Shown here piece by piece: positions 1 to 9,683 of a stretch of 64,000 nucleotides of DNA (positions are counted from its first letter, which is position 1; the number at the start of each line of letters is the position of its first letter). Below the pieces are notes generated by a model. The model was not told where the DNA came from and did not search any database. It saw only the letters and a program-made list of their open reading frames with translations. This DNA is from Waterburya sp. Lineage in GTDB: Bacteria > Cyanobacteriota > Cyanobacteriia > Cyanobacteriales > Xenococcaceae. Location: NCBI GenBank assembly GCA_965217895.1, contig CBDCJV010000001.1, positions 22,928-86,927 on the forward strand, given 5' to 3'. The position numbers were made by a program, and so were the translations under genes.

Positions 1-122
1 TTTGTAAATCGCTTTTCACGGTAATATTCCTCTGTATTGTGGATAAGTGAAACTTTTAATGAATTTTATTCCCGTAACTCCTTTTGATATCTAGCCATTA
101 CTCGCAATTGAAACCCCAAAGC

Positions 123-1580
123 TTAAAAGCGAGGTTTAACTATGACTCTGTATTCCTTGGGAAATACGAATGGCCCTGGAAATTCAGCTTCAAAACTTAA
201 TTTCTCTCCAGGTACTTGTTCAAATTTGCATTTACACAGCAGATTCGCCAAGAATGCAAAGACTTGGAAACGTCCTAGATACTCTCCCAGGCATCTACGC
301 GGTCCGATGCCAAACGGATAGAACCGATCGAGGAGATCTTTTCTCAGTTTGCCGTTTTCATCTAAAAACCGATATGGGTTAAATTCTTCTGGATCTTTCC
401 AACTACGCTCATCTCGAGTCAGGCTGTAGTAATTGATAATTAAAGGAGTGTTTTGAGAAATAAAGTGATCCCCTAATGTAGTGTCGGTAGTAGTAGCGTA
501 GTTTACGGCAGGTATGGTAGTAGTAGAAGAGTGGCGCAAAATTTCATTGATGCAAGCTTCCATAAATGGCAATCTGCTGCGATCTTTAAAAGATATTTTT
601 TGTTCTCTGCCAACTACCTCATCTAGCTCTCTCTGGATTTCAGTCTGAATTTCTGGATAGGCAATCATATAAAGCAGCGCCCATCTGAGTATAAAATTCG
701 GTAGCTGTGTACCCGCCGCTAGGAATTGAATCAAAGAGCCTTTGACAATATCATTTTCGTTTAAGTTAAGTCGCTTTTTCTCTGATTCAGTTAGTTCATC
801 GCTAGCTTCTAACAATCCATCTGTGATATCTCGCAAAAGTTCTGGCTCAAAAGATTCTCGATGCTGCTCGATATTTTTTTCAATATAGTTTTCTACAGCA
901 CCTAGTCCCTTCAGAAAAGCCCTGATTGTTTTTAAGTTGAGGAACGCATACATTGGCAGCCATAATTTAGGAATAACGCTCATGATTACTCCTGTCAGAA
1001 GACCGTGAGGCAGTCTTCTAATAGAATAGGCAGTCTCAACAAAATCGATGTCTTCGGGAGTGTTTGTTTTGCTAAACACTAGCCTTTGCATAAAATTCAT
1101 GCTGGCTAGAGGAATATGTAATTCAGGGTTAAAAGGTCGATCATCAGAGTTTAAGAACTTATTTACCAAGCCCTCTGCTTCTTCTGCGATCCAATTTTCA
1201 TGTATGTCTGATTTTCCCGCCAAAAAGGTATGCATTACCTGCATTAAGATATCACGATGTTTTTTCCAAGCTTCGCCACTCTTAAGCTCAAGAAATTCAG
1301 ATTGAGGTGGCTGCTTGAAAACATCGAAATCTGCCCTATTATTAAAGATATCCTGTTGCTTAACTAGGGCTTCTTTAATTATGCTGTACTCATTGAGCAC
1401 CACAAAATTCCTACTGCCGACACGCATTTGAAACATATCACCGTGCTTAAGGGCTAGTTGATTCAATGCTAAATGAAAGTGTTGATTCAAAAAAGGTCGC
1501 ATCCCAGCCAGGGAAACCGTCGGTAATTCTGAATAAGTAATTTTGTTTGGCTTTGTAGAGACTGTTTCTTGATAGAACAT
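123..1580 (-). CDS. Cytochrome P450, eukaryote-like (CYP1/CYP2-clan appearance), soluble
   Basis: Heme motif PFGIGPRRCLG, ExxR (EILR), PERF-like FNPYRF, I-helix AAGTQLP; no N-terminal membrane anchor. Confidence 0.95.
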   Translation of the reverse strand: MFYQETVSTKPNKITYSELPTVSLAGMRPFLNQHFHLALNQLALKHGDMFQMRVGSRNFVVLNEYSIIKEALVKQQDIFNNRADFDVFKQPPQSEFLELKSGEAWKKHRDILMQVMHTFLAGKSDIHENWIAEEAEGLVNKFLNSDDRPFNPELHIPLASMNFMQRLVFSKTNTPEDIDFVETAYSIRRLPHGLLTGVIMSVIPKLWLPMYAFLNLKTIRAFLKGLGAVENYIEKNIEQHRESFEPELLRDITDGLLEASDELTESEKKRLNLNENDIVKGSLIQFLAAGTQLPNFILRWALLYMIAYPEIQTEIQRELDEVVGREQKISFKDRSRLPFMEACINEILRHSSTTTIPAVNYATTTDTTLGDHFISQNTPLIINYYSLTRDERSWKDPEEFNPYRFLDENGKLRKDLLDRFYPFGIGPRRCLGEYLGRFQVFAFLANLLCKCKFEQVPGEKLSFEAEFPGPFVFPKEYRVIVKPRF

Positions 1581-1636
1581 AGTTAGTTTACAGATGAAGT
1601 TAATACGATTATTCCCAGTAAAATAATTTTCAATTT

Positions 1637-3184
1637 TTAGGAACTTTTAAGAGCAGTAAATCGCATTTTTGGAATCGCATTTTTGAATGCATAAATTACA
1701 CGCCCTTTAAGACCAGCTTTGACAATATGAGTCGGTTTACTCACAGGTAGCTTCATCATCAGCTTTTGAGCCTCCGATTCTTTACTGCCAGGTCCTTGAA
1801 GTCGAAACTGAGTAGCTTGGGTGGCACCGTATACCATGCGAAGCCAGATACGGGGATGCAAGAAAAAGTATTTCCACAATGGAGGTTCACAGCCAATTAA
1901 ACCAGCCATATCATCTATGTAGCGATGATAGTCCACCAAGCTTCGTACCCGATGAGCATTATGCTCAAACTGTTCTAAGTTGGTAGCTCGATCTAGACAG
2001 GCAATTCTCTCCATTTCTGCTGGTTTAGGAAGAGTTCGTTCCCCTTTGCAGATCAGGGCAAAATAACGAGCCTGCATCTCCATAATGGGAAATTGACTGC
2101 CAAAGCTAGGTCTTGCCCAACCAATCCAAACTATCTTGTCACCATACTTGGGATGAAACATATGTTTGTAAAGACTGCGGGGATCGGTTTTCTTAAGCTC
2201 GTCTGGTAGAAAAGACACATAGTTTTTATAACCAGTACAAAAGGCAATAGCATCCAAGTCGGATAGAGTCATTCCGTCTGCTGTGTGAACGGTCTTGCCT
2301 CCCGCTTCTACTTTAGCGATTTCACCCACAACTTTACAATCATGATGTACAATCGCCTTGGGCAAGGAGAAAGTTTTGGTTCCATAAGTGCCCCACACTC
2401 CCTTTTGCGCTGTAATCTTGTTGTTGAGTTCTACGCAAACATCGTGGATCGGGTCTTTTTGGCTCAGTTCTGCTTGATGGATAGCTTCGCTTAAAGTTGC
2501 TCCATAATCGCGAGGTAGACCCCACACCCCGCGATGAGTGGAAATATCGGCGGCATAGATACCTCTTTTGCGAGGTGCGACCCATCCAGTAGTGCTACGC
2601 AGACTAACCCAGCAATTTTTGGCAACACGAGATGCCTCTAATGCCACATCCGAACCAGATTCTCCTCCTCCAACTACTAATACATTTTTTCCTTTGAATT
2701 TATCTGCGTTGCAATAATCTCTAGAATGAGAATATTCAACATCTGTCAATAAGTTTTTCCACGCAGGATAACTAGGAACTGCATTGTTACCAATTGCCAG
2801 TGCGACTCGTTGCGTGAGAAAAGTATCTCCAGTTGCTGTTTCAACTTTCCAACTGCCATCATCTTGAGGAATTATCGCCACGACTTTAGAGTCAAAATGA
2901 ATGCGCTCTAAAACGCCAAAGTGTTCGGCATATCGCTTCCAATAATCGACGGCTTCTTCCTTTGTCCAAAACGTATGTTCGTTTCCTTCACCAATCCAGA
3001 AATCGGAATACATACTCATAGGGGCTGAGGAAGTTAATAATAGACTATCGTAAGCCTTGGCAAAAACTCCTCCTACATCTTCTGCTTGTTCTAAACAAAT
3101 AACTTCGCTCAAACCTTGTTCGAGTAACTCTTTGGTACAAGCAAGACCTCCTGGTCCTGCACCGATGGTTATACAATCTAACAT
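1637..3184 (-). CDS. Class B flavoprotein (FMO fold), candidate single-component flavin-dependent halogenase
   Basis: GAGPGG FAD motif, GGGESG NADPH motif, HSRDY, FCTGY; likely start MLDCITIG at 3184. FMO fold is secure; halogenase role is inferred. Confidence 0.85.
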   Translation of the reverse strand: MLDCITIGAGPGGLACTKELLEQGLSEVICLEQAEDVGGVFAKAYDSLLLTSSAPMSMYSDFWIGEGNEHTFWTKEEAVDYWKRYAEHFGVLERIHFDSKVVAIIPQDDGSWKVETATGDTFLTQRVALAIGNNAVPSYPAWKNLLTDVEYSHSRDYCNADKFKGKNVLVVGGGESGSDVALEASRVAKNCWVSLRSTTGWVAPRKRGIYAADISTHRGVWGLPRDYGATLSEAIHQAELSQKDPIHDVCVELNNKITAQKGVWGTYGTKTFSLPKAIVHHDCKVVGEIAKVEAGGKTVHTADGMTLSDLDAIAFCTGYKNYVSFLPDELKKTDPRSLYKHMFHPKYGDKIVWIGWARPSFGSQFPIMEMQARYFALICKGERTLPKPAEMERIACLDRATNLEQFEHNAHRVRSLVDYHRYIDDMAGLIGCEPPLWKYFFLHPRIWLRMVYGATQATQFRLQGPGSKESEAQKLMMKLPVSKPTHIVKAGLKGRVIYAFKNAIPKMRFTALKSS

Positions 3185-3656
3185 CGCGTATTTACCTCTG
3201 TGATATATCGACTTGTTTTTCTTTTGTCTAAATTTAGTTTGTAAAAAGTATCTAATATTCACAAGCTATCTTTAGGAATTTAACTAATAATTTTTCTTAG
3301 AATTAAGTCTCAGTTAAAACAATCTGTAAATGTACACTTTTGTAGTCTCAAAACTTATACCGTACCGTAATTCAGAATAAAAGAGGATAAAAAGTATTAT
3401 TAATTACTTTTTAGAGTTAGTAAATTTCGTTTTTTTGTAAAAATCAAAACATTTAATTAGTAATAATGTTAAGTAAAATACTTTTTCTTTAATATAAGCT
3501 CAATATAAGCCTATCGATAGATTTTTTTTAAAAATTTTATCAATAAGATTTGGCTGAGGCACTTTATTACTTAAGTACTAAAAAAGGCAATCAAATTAAT
3601 TATTGAATACAAAATTACCAAGCACAAATTTAAAAAAAATATTAATTTTAATAAGA

Positions 3657-6600
3657 ATGTCAACTTGGAAAACAATTAATAAGACCAAAAAAAAATCCCA
3701 AAGCCAATTGGGTAAAAGAAGAAAGCGTGGCGTAGTTCTTACTCTTACGGGACTAGAAAAACTTCAAGAAGCTCAACTGAAATTAGAATGCGAAAATAAC
3801 TGGGGAGCAAAATATACATACGAGAAGTTAAGCGAAATTGGCGATCTTGACATCAATACTGTCAAAAAAATCTTAGCCGCAAAAGAAGGAGTAGATAGAC
3901 GTTCGCTAGAAAACTACTTTCGTGCCTTTGAAATAGTGCTAATCGAAGAAGATTATGCCAAACCCAATCCTAATAAACGTCAAGATTGGGGAGAAGCAAT
4001 TAGCGTTAGCGATTTTAGTGGACGTACCTCGGAGCTTAATACTTTAGAAAACCTGCTATTTAAGAACAAATGCCGACTGATAACAATTTTAGCAATGGGG
4101 GGGGTCGGTAAAACTACCCTATCGATTAAATTGGCTCAGAAAGTTGGCAATCGCTTCGATTGTCTGATTTGGCGTTCTTTTCGAGATGCTCCCCCATTAA
4201 ATGAATTTCTGGCTGAATCAATCCAATTTTTATCCGACGGACAGTTAACCGAAACCGAGCTACCAGAAAGAACCAGCCAAAGAATATCTTATTTGATAAA
4301 TTATTTTCGCTCTTTACGCTGCTTGATCGTACTCGACAACGTAGAATCACTGCTGTGTGGTAATGGCAAAGCAGGTTTCTACCGCGAAGGATACGAAGAA
4401 TATGGCGAGTTCTTCCGACGAGTAGGTGCAACAGACCACCAAAGCTGTCTCATACTAACCACTCGTGAAAAACCCAAAGAAGTAGCTATGCTGGAAGGAG
4501 AAGCACTACCAGTTTGTACTTTTAAATTAGGAGGATTAAAGCCAAAGGCAGGAGCAAAAATGCTCATAAAAAAAGGGCTTAACGGGTCGGAGGTAGAATT
4601 TAATGAGTTAGTCAGGCATTATGATGGCAATAGTTTAGCTTTAAAAATAGTATCGACTACCATACGCGATTTATTTGACGGAAACATAAAAAATTTTTTG
4701 CGCCAAGAAACTTCAGTTTTTGGTGATATTCGCAATCTTATAAGCCAACAGTTCGAGCGTTTATCTCCTATGGAGGTAGAGATTGTCTATTGGTTGGCGA
4801 TTAGTCGAGAGCCTCTTAATCTATCTCAGTTGCGAGAAAATTTAGTTTCGGTAGTGCCGCGACTCGATTTATTAGAAGGCTTAGAGTCTCTGTCGAGAAG
4901 ATCTTTAATTGAGCAGAATGAGGCTTGTTTTACACTACAACCAGTGGTGATGGAATACACGATCCTGCGTTTGATTGAGACAATCTTTGATGAAATTTGC
5001 ACTCAAAAGCTGCATTTCTTGCATCGCTATGCCTTAATTGAAGCTACAGCAAAAGAGTACGTGCGAGAAACGCAAATTCGCCTCATTCTTCAACCAGCGA
5101 TCGAAAAGCTATTAACAATTTTTAAGGGTCAAAAAAGTCTCGAACTACAATTGACTAGAATTTTGGAGACGCAGCGAGAAACATCGTTAAAAGAACCTGG
5201 ATATACCTCTGGAAACATTATCAATCTGCTTTGTAAGCTCGGAATCGATCTTAGAACTTACGACCTGTCTGACTTAGTTGTCTGGCAGGCAGATTTACGT
5301 CAAGCCTGTTTGCACAATGTAAATTTTCAGAATACAAGTATAGTCAAATCATTATTTGCCGAAGCTTTTGGCGGAATTTGGTCAGTTGTCTTTAGTCCTG
5401 ACGGGCAATATTTAGCTACTGGAGATACCAAGGGTGAGATTTTGGTGCGACGTTCTGCTGATGGACAGATAGTTCTCAGTCTGAAAGGTCACAATGGCTG
5501 GGTAGTATCCCTGGCTTTTAGTCCCGATGGTAAAACATTAGCCAGCGGTAGCTGTGACTGTACTATCAAGCTCTGGAATATTGACACTGGTAAATGCCTT
5601 CATACCCTACAAGAATATAGGCAAGAAGTTTGGTCGGTTGTGTTTAGTCCCGATGGTAAAACATTAGCCAGTGGTGGTGATGATAATAAATTAAAATTGT
5701 GGGATGCCAGTAGTGGAGAGTGCCTTCAGGTTTTTCAAGGTCATTCTAACGAATTACTTTCAGTTGCCTTTAGTTTAGATGGTCGAGAGCTAATAAGTGG
5801 CAGTCAGGATCGAGTTATCAAGCTATGGGATATTGAGACTGGAGAGTGTAAAAAGACTTTTCAGGAGCATAGAGATGGAGTACGCTCGATTAGTCTTAGT
5901 CCTGACGGTCAAACTATTGCTAGCGGCAGTAACGATGGTACGATTCGGCTATGGGATATTGCAACTGGAAGCTGTATCCGCGTTGGTTTTGGTCATACAA
6001 ACGTAGTATTATGTGTGCGCTTTTGTTTGCAAGGCAATCTTTTAGCTAGTAGCAGTATCGACCATACAGTAAGGTTATGGGATATCAATACTGGAGAATG
6101 TCTGAAGGTTTTTCAAGGTCATTCTAATATGGTCAATTCGATCGCTTTTAGTTCCCAAGGAAATTATCTAGCTAGTGGTAGTTACGATCAGACAGTGAAA
6201 ATATGGAATGTCAATACTGGTAAATGCTGCAAGATTTTCCAAGGGTATAGCAATCAAGCTTTATCGGTTACTTTCAGTGCTGACGGAAAAATGCTGGCTA
6301 GCGGAGGACGCGATCGCCAGGTCAGACTTTGGGATATCGGCACCAAACGAGAAATAAAAACTTTGCACGGACATACCAATTGGGTCTATTCGTTAGCTTT
6401 TGGTAAGTACGGTAATTTCTTGGCCAGTAGTAGTGGCGATAAAAGCATCAAACTCTGGAATGTGGAGACTGGTAAAACCGTAAAAACCTTTTGGGGACAC
6501 GAGGCGGTAGTCCGCTCGATTGCCTTTAGTTCTGACGGTCAAACTATAGCTAGTGGTAGTGAAGATCGAACGATTCGGCTGTGGAATATTAGTAGAAATA

Positions 6601-7220
6601 AAGCCATCCAAATTTTACGAGGACATCAAGCAGAGGTTTGGTCGATTGCTTTTAGTTCTGATGGACGGATACTCGCCAGTAGTTCTTTTGATGGAACGGC
6701 AAAACTCTGGAATGTGGAGACTGGTAAATGTTACAAAACCTTTGACAAACATACCAGTTGGATTTGGTCGGTTGCTTTTAGTCCCGACGATAAGATTTTG
6801 GCTACTACTAGCGTAGATCGAACTATCAGACTTTGGAGCGTAGACACGGGAGAATGTCAACAGATTCTGCGAGAAGAAACGGGACATTCAGAAATTGCTT
6901 TTAGTAGCGACGGTGGCACTCTAGCTAGCTGTAGCCAAGACCACGGTATCAGATTGTGGAGTGTCAGCACGGGAAAATGTTATAAGACCTTAGCTGGTCA
7001 TACGGCCTTAATCGACTCGATCGCTTTTAGTAGCGATTGCCGCACCTTAGCTAGTAGTAGCGAAGATGAAACCATCAAGCTGTGGAATTATCAAAGCGGT
7101 GAATGTATTCAAACGTTGAGAGTGGAAAAACCCTATCAGTGGATGAATATTAGTGGTATCAGTGGTTTGTCTCCAGCCAATATCGATACTCTCAAAGCAT
7201 TAGGGGCTGTTGACGGTTAG
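3657..7220 (+). CDS. STAND protein: N-terminal HTH-like region, NB-ARC NTPase and about 14 WD40 repeats
   Basis: Walker A MGGVGKTT, Walker B LIVLDNVE, repeated GH..V.S.AFS.DG..LAS.S.D.T..LW; ATG at 3657. Confidence 0.93.
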   Translation: MSTWKTINKTKKKSQSQLGKRRKRGVVLTLTGLEKLQEAQLKLECENNWGAKYTYEKLSEIGDLDINTVKKILAAKEGVDRRSLENYFRAFEIVLIEEDYAKPNPNKRQDWGEAISVSDFSGRTSELNTLENLLFKNKCRLITILAMGGVGKTTLSIKLAQKVGNRFDCLIWRSFRDAPPLNEFLAESIQFLSDGQLTETELPERTSQRISYLINYFRSLRCLIVLDNVESLLCGNGKAGFYREGYEEYGEFFRRVGATDHQSCLILTTREKPKEVAMLEGEALPVCTFKLGGLKPKAGAKMLIKKGLNGSEVEFNELVRHYDGNSLALKIVSTTIRDLFDGNIKNFLRQETSVFGDIRNLISQQFERLSPMEVEIVYWLAISREPLNLSQLRENLVSVVPRLDLLEGLESLSRRSLIEQNEACFTLQPVVMEYTILRLIETIFDEICTQKLHFLHRYALIEATAKEYVRETQIRLILQPAIEKLLTIFKGQKSLELQLTRILETQRETSLKEPGYTSGNIINLLCKLGIDLRTYDLSDLVVWQADLRQACLHNVNFQNTSIVKSLFAEAFGGIWSVVFSPDGQYLATGDTKGEILVRRSADGQIVLSLKGHNGWVVSLAFSPDGKTLASGSCDCTIKLWNIDTGKCLHTLQEYRQEVWSVVFSPDGKTLASGGDDNKLKLWDASSGECLQVFQGHSNELLSVAFSLDGRELISGSQDRVIKLWDIETGECKKTFQEHRDGVRSISLSPDGQTIASGSNDGTIRLWDIATGSCIRVGFGHTNVVLCVRFCLQGNLLASSSIDHTVRLWDINTGECLKVFQGHSNMVNSIAFSSQGNYLASGSYDQTVKIWNVNTGKCCKIFQGYSNQALSVTFSADGKMLASGGRDRQVRLWDIGTKREIKTLHGHTNWVYSLAFGKYGNFLASSSGDKSIKLWNVETGKTVKTFWGHEAVVRSIAFSSDGQTIASGSEDRTIRLWNISRNKAIQILRGHQAEVWSIAFSSDGRILASSSFDGTAKLWNVETGKCYKTFDKHTSWIWSVAFSPDDKILATTSVDRTIRLWSVDTGECQQILREETGHSEIAFSSDGGTLASCSQDHGIRLWSVSTGKCYKTLAGHTALIDSIAFSSDCRTLASSSEDETIKLWNYQSGECIQTLRVEKPYQWMNISGISGLSPANIDTLKALGAVDG

Positions 7221-7232
7221 GGTTAGCTATGC

Positions 7233-8366
7233 TTAATTAAGCTGAGAACGAAATCTTTTAATGCTGATGGTCAGCAGGACGACGGCAAAAATCGCTAGGG
7301 CGATCGCATTTGGTAAAATTGCCTGTAGACCGACACCTTTAAGAATCAGGCTACGATTGATTGCCACATAATGACGCAGGGGATCGAAAAAAGATAAAAT
7401 CCGAAACACGTAAGGCATACTTTCAGTTGGCGCGATCGCTCCTGAAAGTTGAAGAATGGGAACGTTAAAAAAGAAAGAAGTCAAAATTACCTGTTGTTGG
7501 GTACGGCATATAGTAGCGAGTAACAGACCGAGACCGATACAGACAAAAACATAAAGTCCCGACATTATTAAAAATAAGCCAAAATTACCGCGAAACGGGA
7601 TGCGAAATACCACAGCAGACAAACCAGCAGCTAGCAGCACATCACCCATCAACAAAACAAATAGCGGCACTATTTTAGCTAGCAGAATTTCCCCTTCTGC
7701 CGCAGGCGTCATTAGCAGTTGTTCGAGAGTACCAACGTCTTTTTCGCGGATTGAAGTAATCGAAGACACTAAAGAACCAGTTAGGGTTAAAACCGTACCA
7801 ATAACGCCAGTCACAAAGTACCAGCTACTAATCAAACCAGGATTATAGAGAAATCTGACTTGCGATTGCACCAACGGCATAGGGCATTCTGTCTTTTCGC
7901 AACTCAGAGTTTGACCGTATTGCCTGACAATTTGGTCGATATATCCCTTAGCAATGCCAGCCGTATTAGCATCGACACCGTCAATAATTATCTGAACGGC
8001 TGCGGTTTTGGCTGAAGCTAAATCGCGGTCAAATTCGGGCGGAATAACCAAACCTACTGTAATCTCTCCCGTACTGACCTGTCGCTTGAGGGTTTCGCGG
8101 TCGCTAGGAGCGGTTTCAACTTGAAAAATTTGATTTTCGGTTAATGCCGAAACTAATTCCCGACTTTTACTACTGTTAGTGTAGTCCAATACTCCCAAAT
8201 TAATGCGATCGACATCGGGACTGAGAGCCAAGCCAAAAATTAATAATTGAATTGTTGGTGGAAAAATCAACAGAAAAATTAGTTGTTTGTTACGCAAAAT
8301 TTGTTGGGTTTCTTTGCGAATCAAACTCCAAAAGCGACTTTCCCAAATGCGACGCAAAATGTTCAT
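7233..8366 (-). CDS. ABC-2 type exporter permease (YbhR-like)
   Basis: REKDVGTLEQLLMTP motif, multiple TM helices, operon context. Confidence 0.92.
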   Translation of the reverse strand: MNILRRIWESRFWSLIRKETQQILRNKQLIFLLIFPPTIQLLIFGLALSPDVDRINLGVLDYTNSSKSRELVSALTENQIFQVETAPSDRETLKRQVSTGEITVGLVIPPEFDRDLASAKTAAVQIIIDGVDANTAGIAKGYIDQIVRQYGQTLSCEKTECPMPLVQSQVRFLYNPGLISSWYFVTGVIGTVLTLTGSLVSSITSIREKDVGTLEQLLMTPAAEGEILLAKIVPLFVLLMGDVLLAAGLSAVVFRIPFRGNFGLFLIMSGLYVFVCIGLGLLLATICRTQQQVILTSFFFNVPILQLSGAIAPTESMPYVFRILSFFDPLRHYVAINRSLILKGVGLQAILPNAIALAIFAVVLLTISIKRFRSQLN

Positions 8367-8407
8367 AGCAATTTTTTTTAATAGTAATTATTAATTTCAA
8401 AAATTTA

Positions 8408-8557
8408 TCCTAAATCCGATTGATAGAAATTATGTTCGCGACCGAGCAAAAACTTCTACAAGTCCCCCAAGTTTGACGAGCGACCCCGCGGATAGGGAAC
8501 GCGCGAGGGAGATTTAGGGGGCGATACAAAAGTAACCCATACGAACAGGATTTAGTA
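8408..8557. repeat. Small intergenic repeat element with CTAAATCC/GGATTTAG ends and an internal GCGACCCCGCG..AGGGAACGCGC unit
   Basis: Short inverted ends; internal unit recurs reverse-complemented at 56894-56930. Confidence 0.55.
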
Positions 8558-9667
8558 TCAGTCGTCGAACTGCATTCGACGCAGATTACGAGTAGCAGCA
8601 ATCGCGATCGTCAATCCGAGTAGAGCTACGGTCGCTGGAACATACCAAAATCCAGTCCATCCAGTCCCTCTAACAAAAGCATCGCGGGTGACGAGGATAT
8701 AGTAACGGGCGGGAATGATATTAGAAATAAGCGACAGCGGAAAGGGAATATTTTCCAGACGATAAATAAAACCAGAAAGTAATAAAGCAGTTAAAAAACC
8801 CGCAATCGCCGTACCTTGGACGGCAGCAGTTTGATTGCTAGCGCGAGTTCCCACTAACAAACCAAAAGAAACGCTGGCAATGAGATAAGTCACAGTGCCG
8901 ACGATTAAGAGAGTTGGTTCTACCTGCAAACGGAGTCCGAATAAGATAACGCTAACGCCAATAACGATCGCCGCTTCAGCCAGTGCTACTAACACATAAG
9001 CCAACCCTTTACCCAACAACCACTCTACAGCACTGAGAGCGGAGGCATAAACTTGGATAATCGTGCCTTGTTCTTTTTCTCGTACCATGGAAATTGCCGT
9101 TAGCATCGAAGGAAAAACCCATAAAATCACCCCATAGATCCCGGGAACTATATAAAGAGATTCTTTTCTACCAGGATTAAACCAGAGTCGCGACTCAGTC
9201 ACCACTTCTGCTGGCAAGGAAGGAGATGCAGTAGATAACGTACCGATAAAAAAGCTAGTCGTGGCGCGGATATTGCTTTGAATAATCCTGGCATTATTTA
9301 CATCCGTACCATCTACCAGTGCCTGAACGTTAACTGGTTTTTGAGCTTTTATCTGGCGAGAAAAATCGGGGGGAATAACCACGACAACTTTGGCAACTCC
9401 GCGATCAAGTGCCGTTACGGGAGATGTACCTACTGTCGGCGCGGGAACGAATTGATTGGTGGCATAAAGTCTTGCCACATAGCTGCGACTGAGGGAGCTA
9501 TTGTCAAAATCTTGAATGCTCAAAGGAATATTTTGGGCTTCTAGACGAATAGCATAGCCAAAGATCAACAGCACGCCTACAGGCAAAATCAACGCCAAAG
9601 CCACGGTGAGGCGATCGCGCCTAAACTGATTTAATTCTTTGATAAATTGAGCTAAGACTTTGTTCAT
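8558..9667 (-). CDS. ABC-2 type exporter permease (YbhS-like)
   Basis: REKEQGT motif, WFNP loop, TM helices. Confidence 0.92.
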   Translation of the reverse strand: MNKVLAQFIKELNQFRRDRLTVALALILPVGVLLIFGYAIRLEAQNIPLSIQDFDNSSLSRSYVARLYATNQFVPAPTVGTSPVTALDRGVAKVVVVIPPDFSRQIKAQKPVNVQALVDGTDVNNARIIQSNIRATTSFFIGTLSTASPSLPAEVVTESRLWFNPGRKESLYIVPGIYGVILWVFPSMLTAISMVREKEQGTIIQVYASALSAVEWLLGKGLAYVLVALAEAAIVIGVSVILFGLRLQVEPTLLIVGTVTYLIASVSFGLLVGTRASNQTAAVQGTAIAGFLTALLLSGFIYRLENIPFPLSLISNIIPARYYILVTRDAFVRGTGWTGFWYVPATVALLGLTIAIAATRNLRRMQFDD

Positions 9668-9683
9668 GATTGCCTACTGAAAC

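Noticed and set aside
1..98. Minus-strand ATG after the P450 (MARYQKELRE*)
   Set aside because: Stops after 10 codons; no recognisable protein and the window edge prevents assessment.
5340..7120. Near-repeated DNA segments suggesting a CRISPR array or diversity-generating repeats
   Set aside because: Fully explained by WD40 coding repeats; no spacers or reverse transcriptase. No CRISPR array was seen anywhere in the window.
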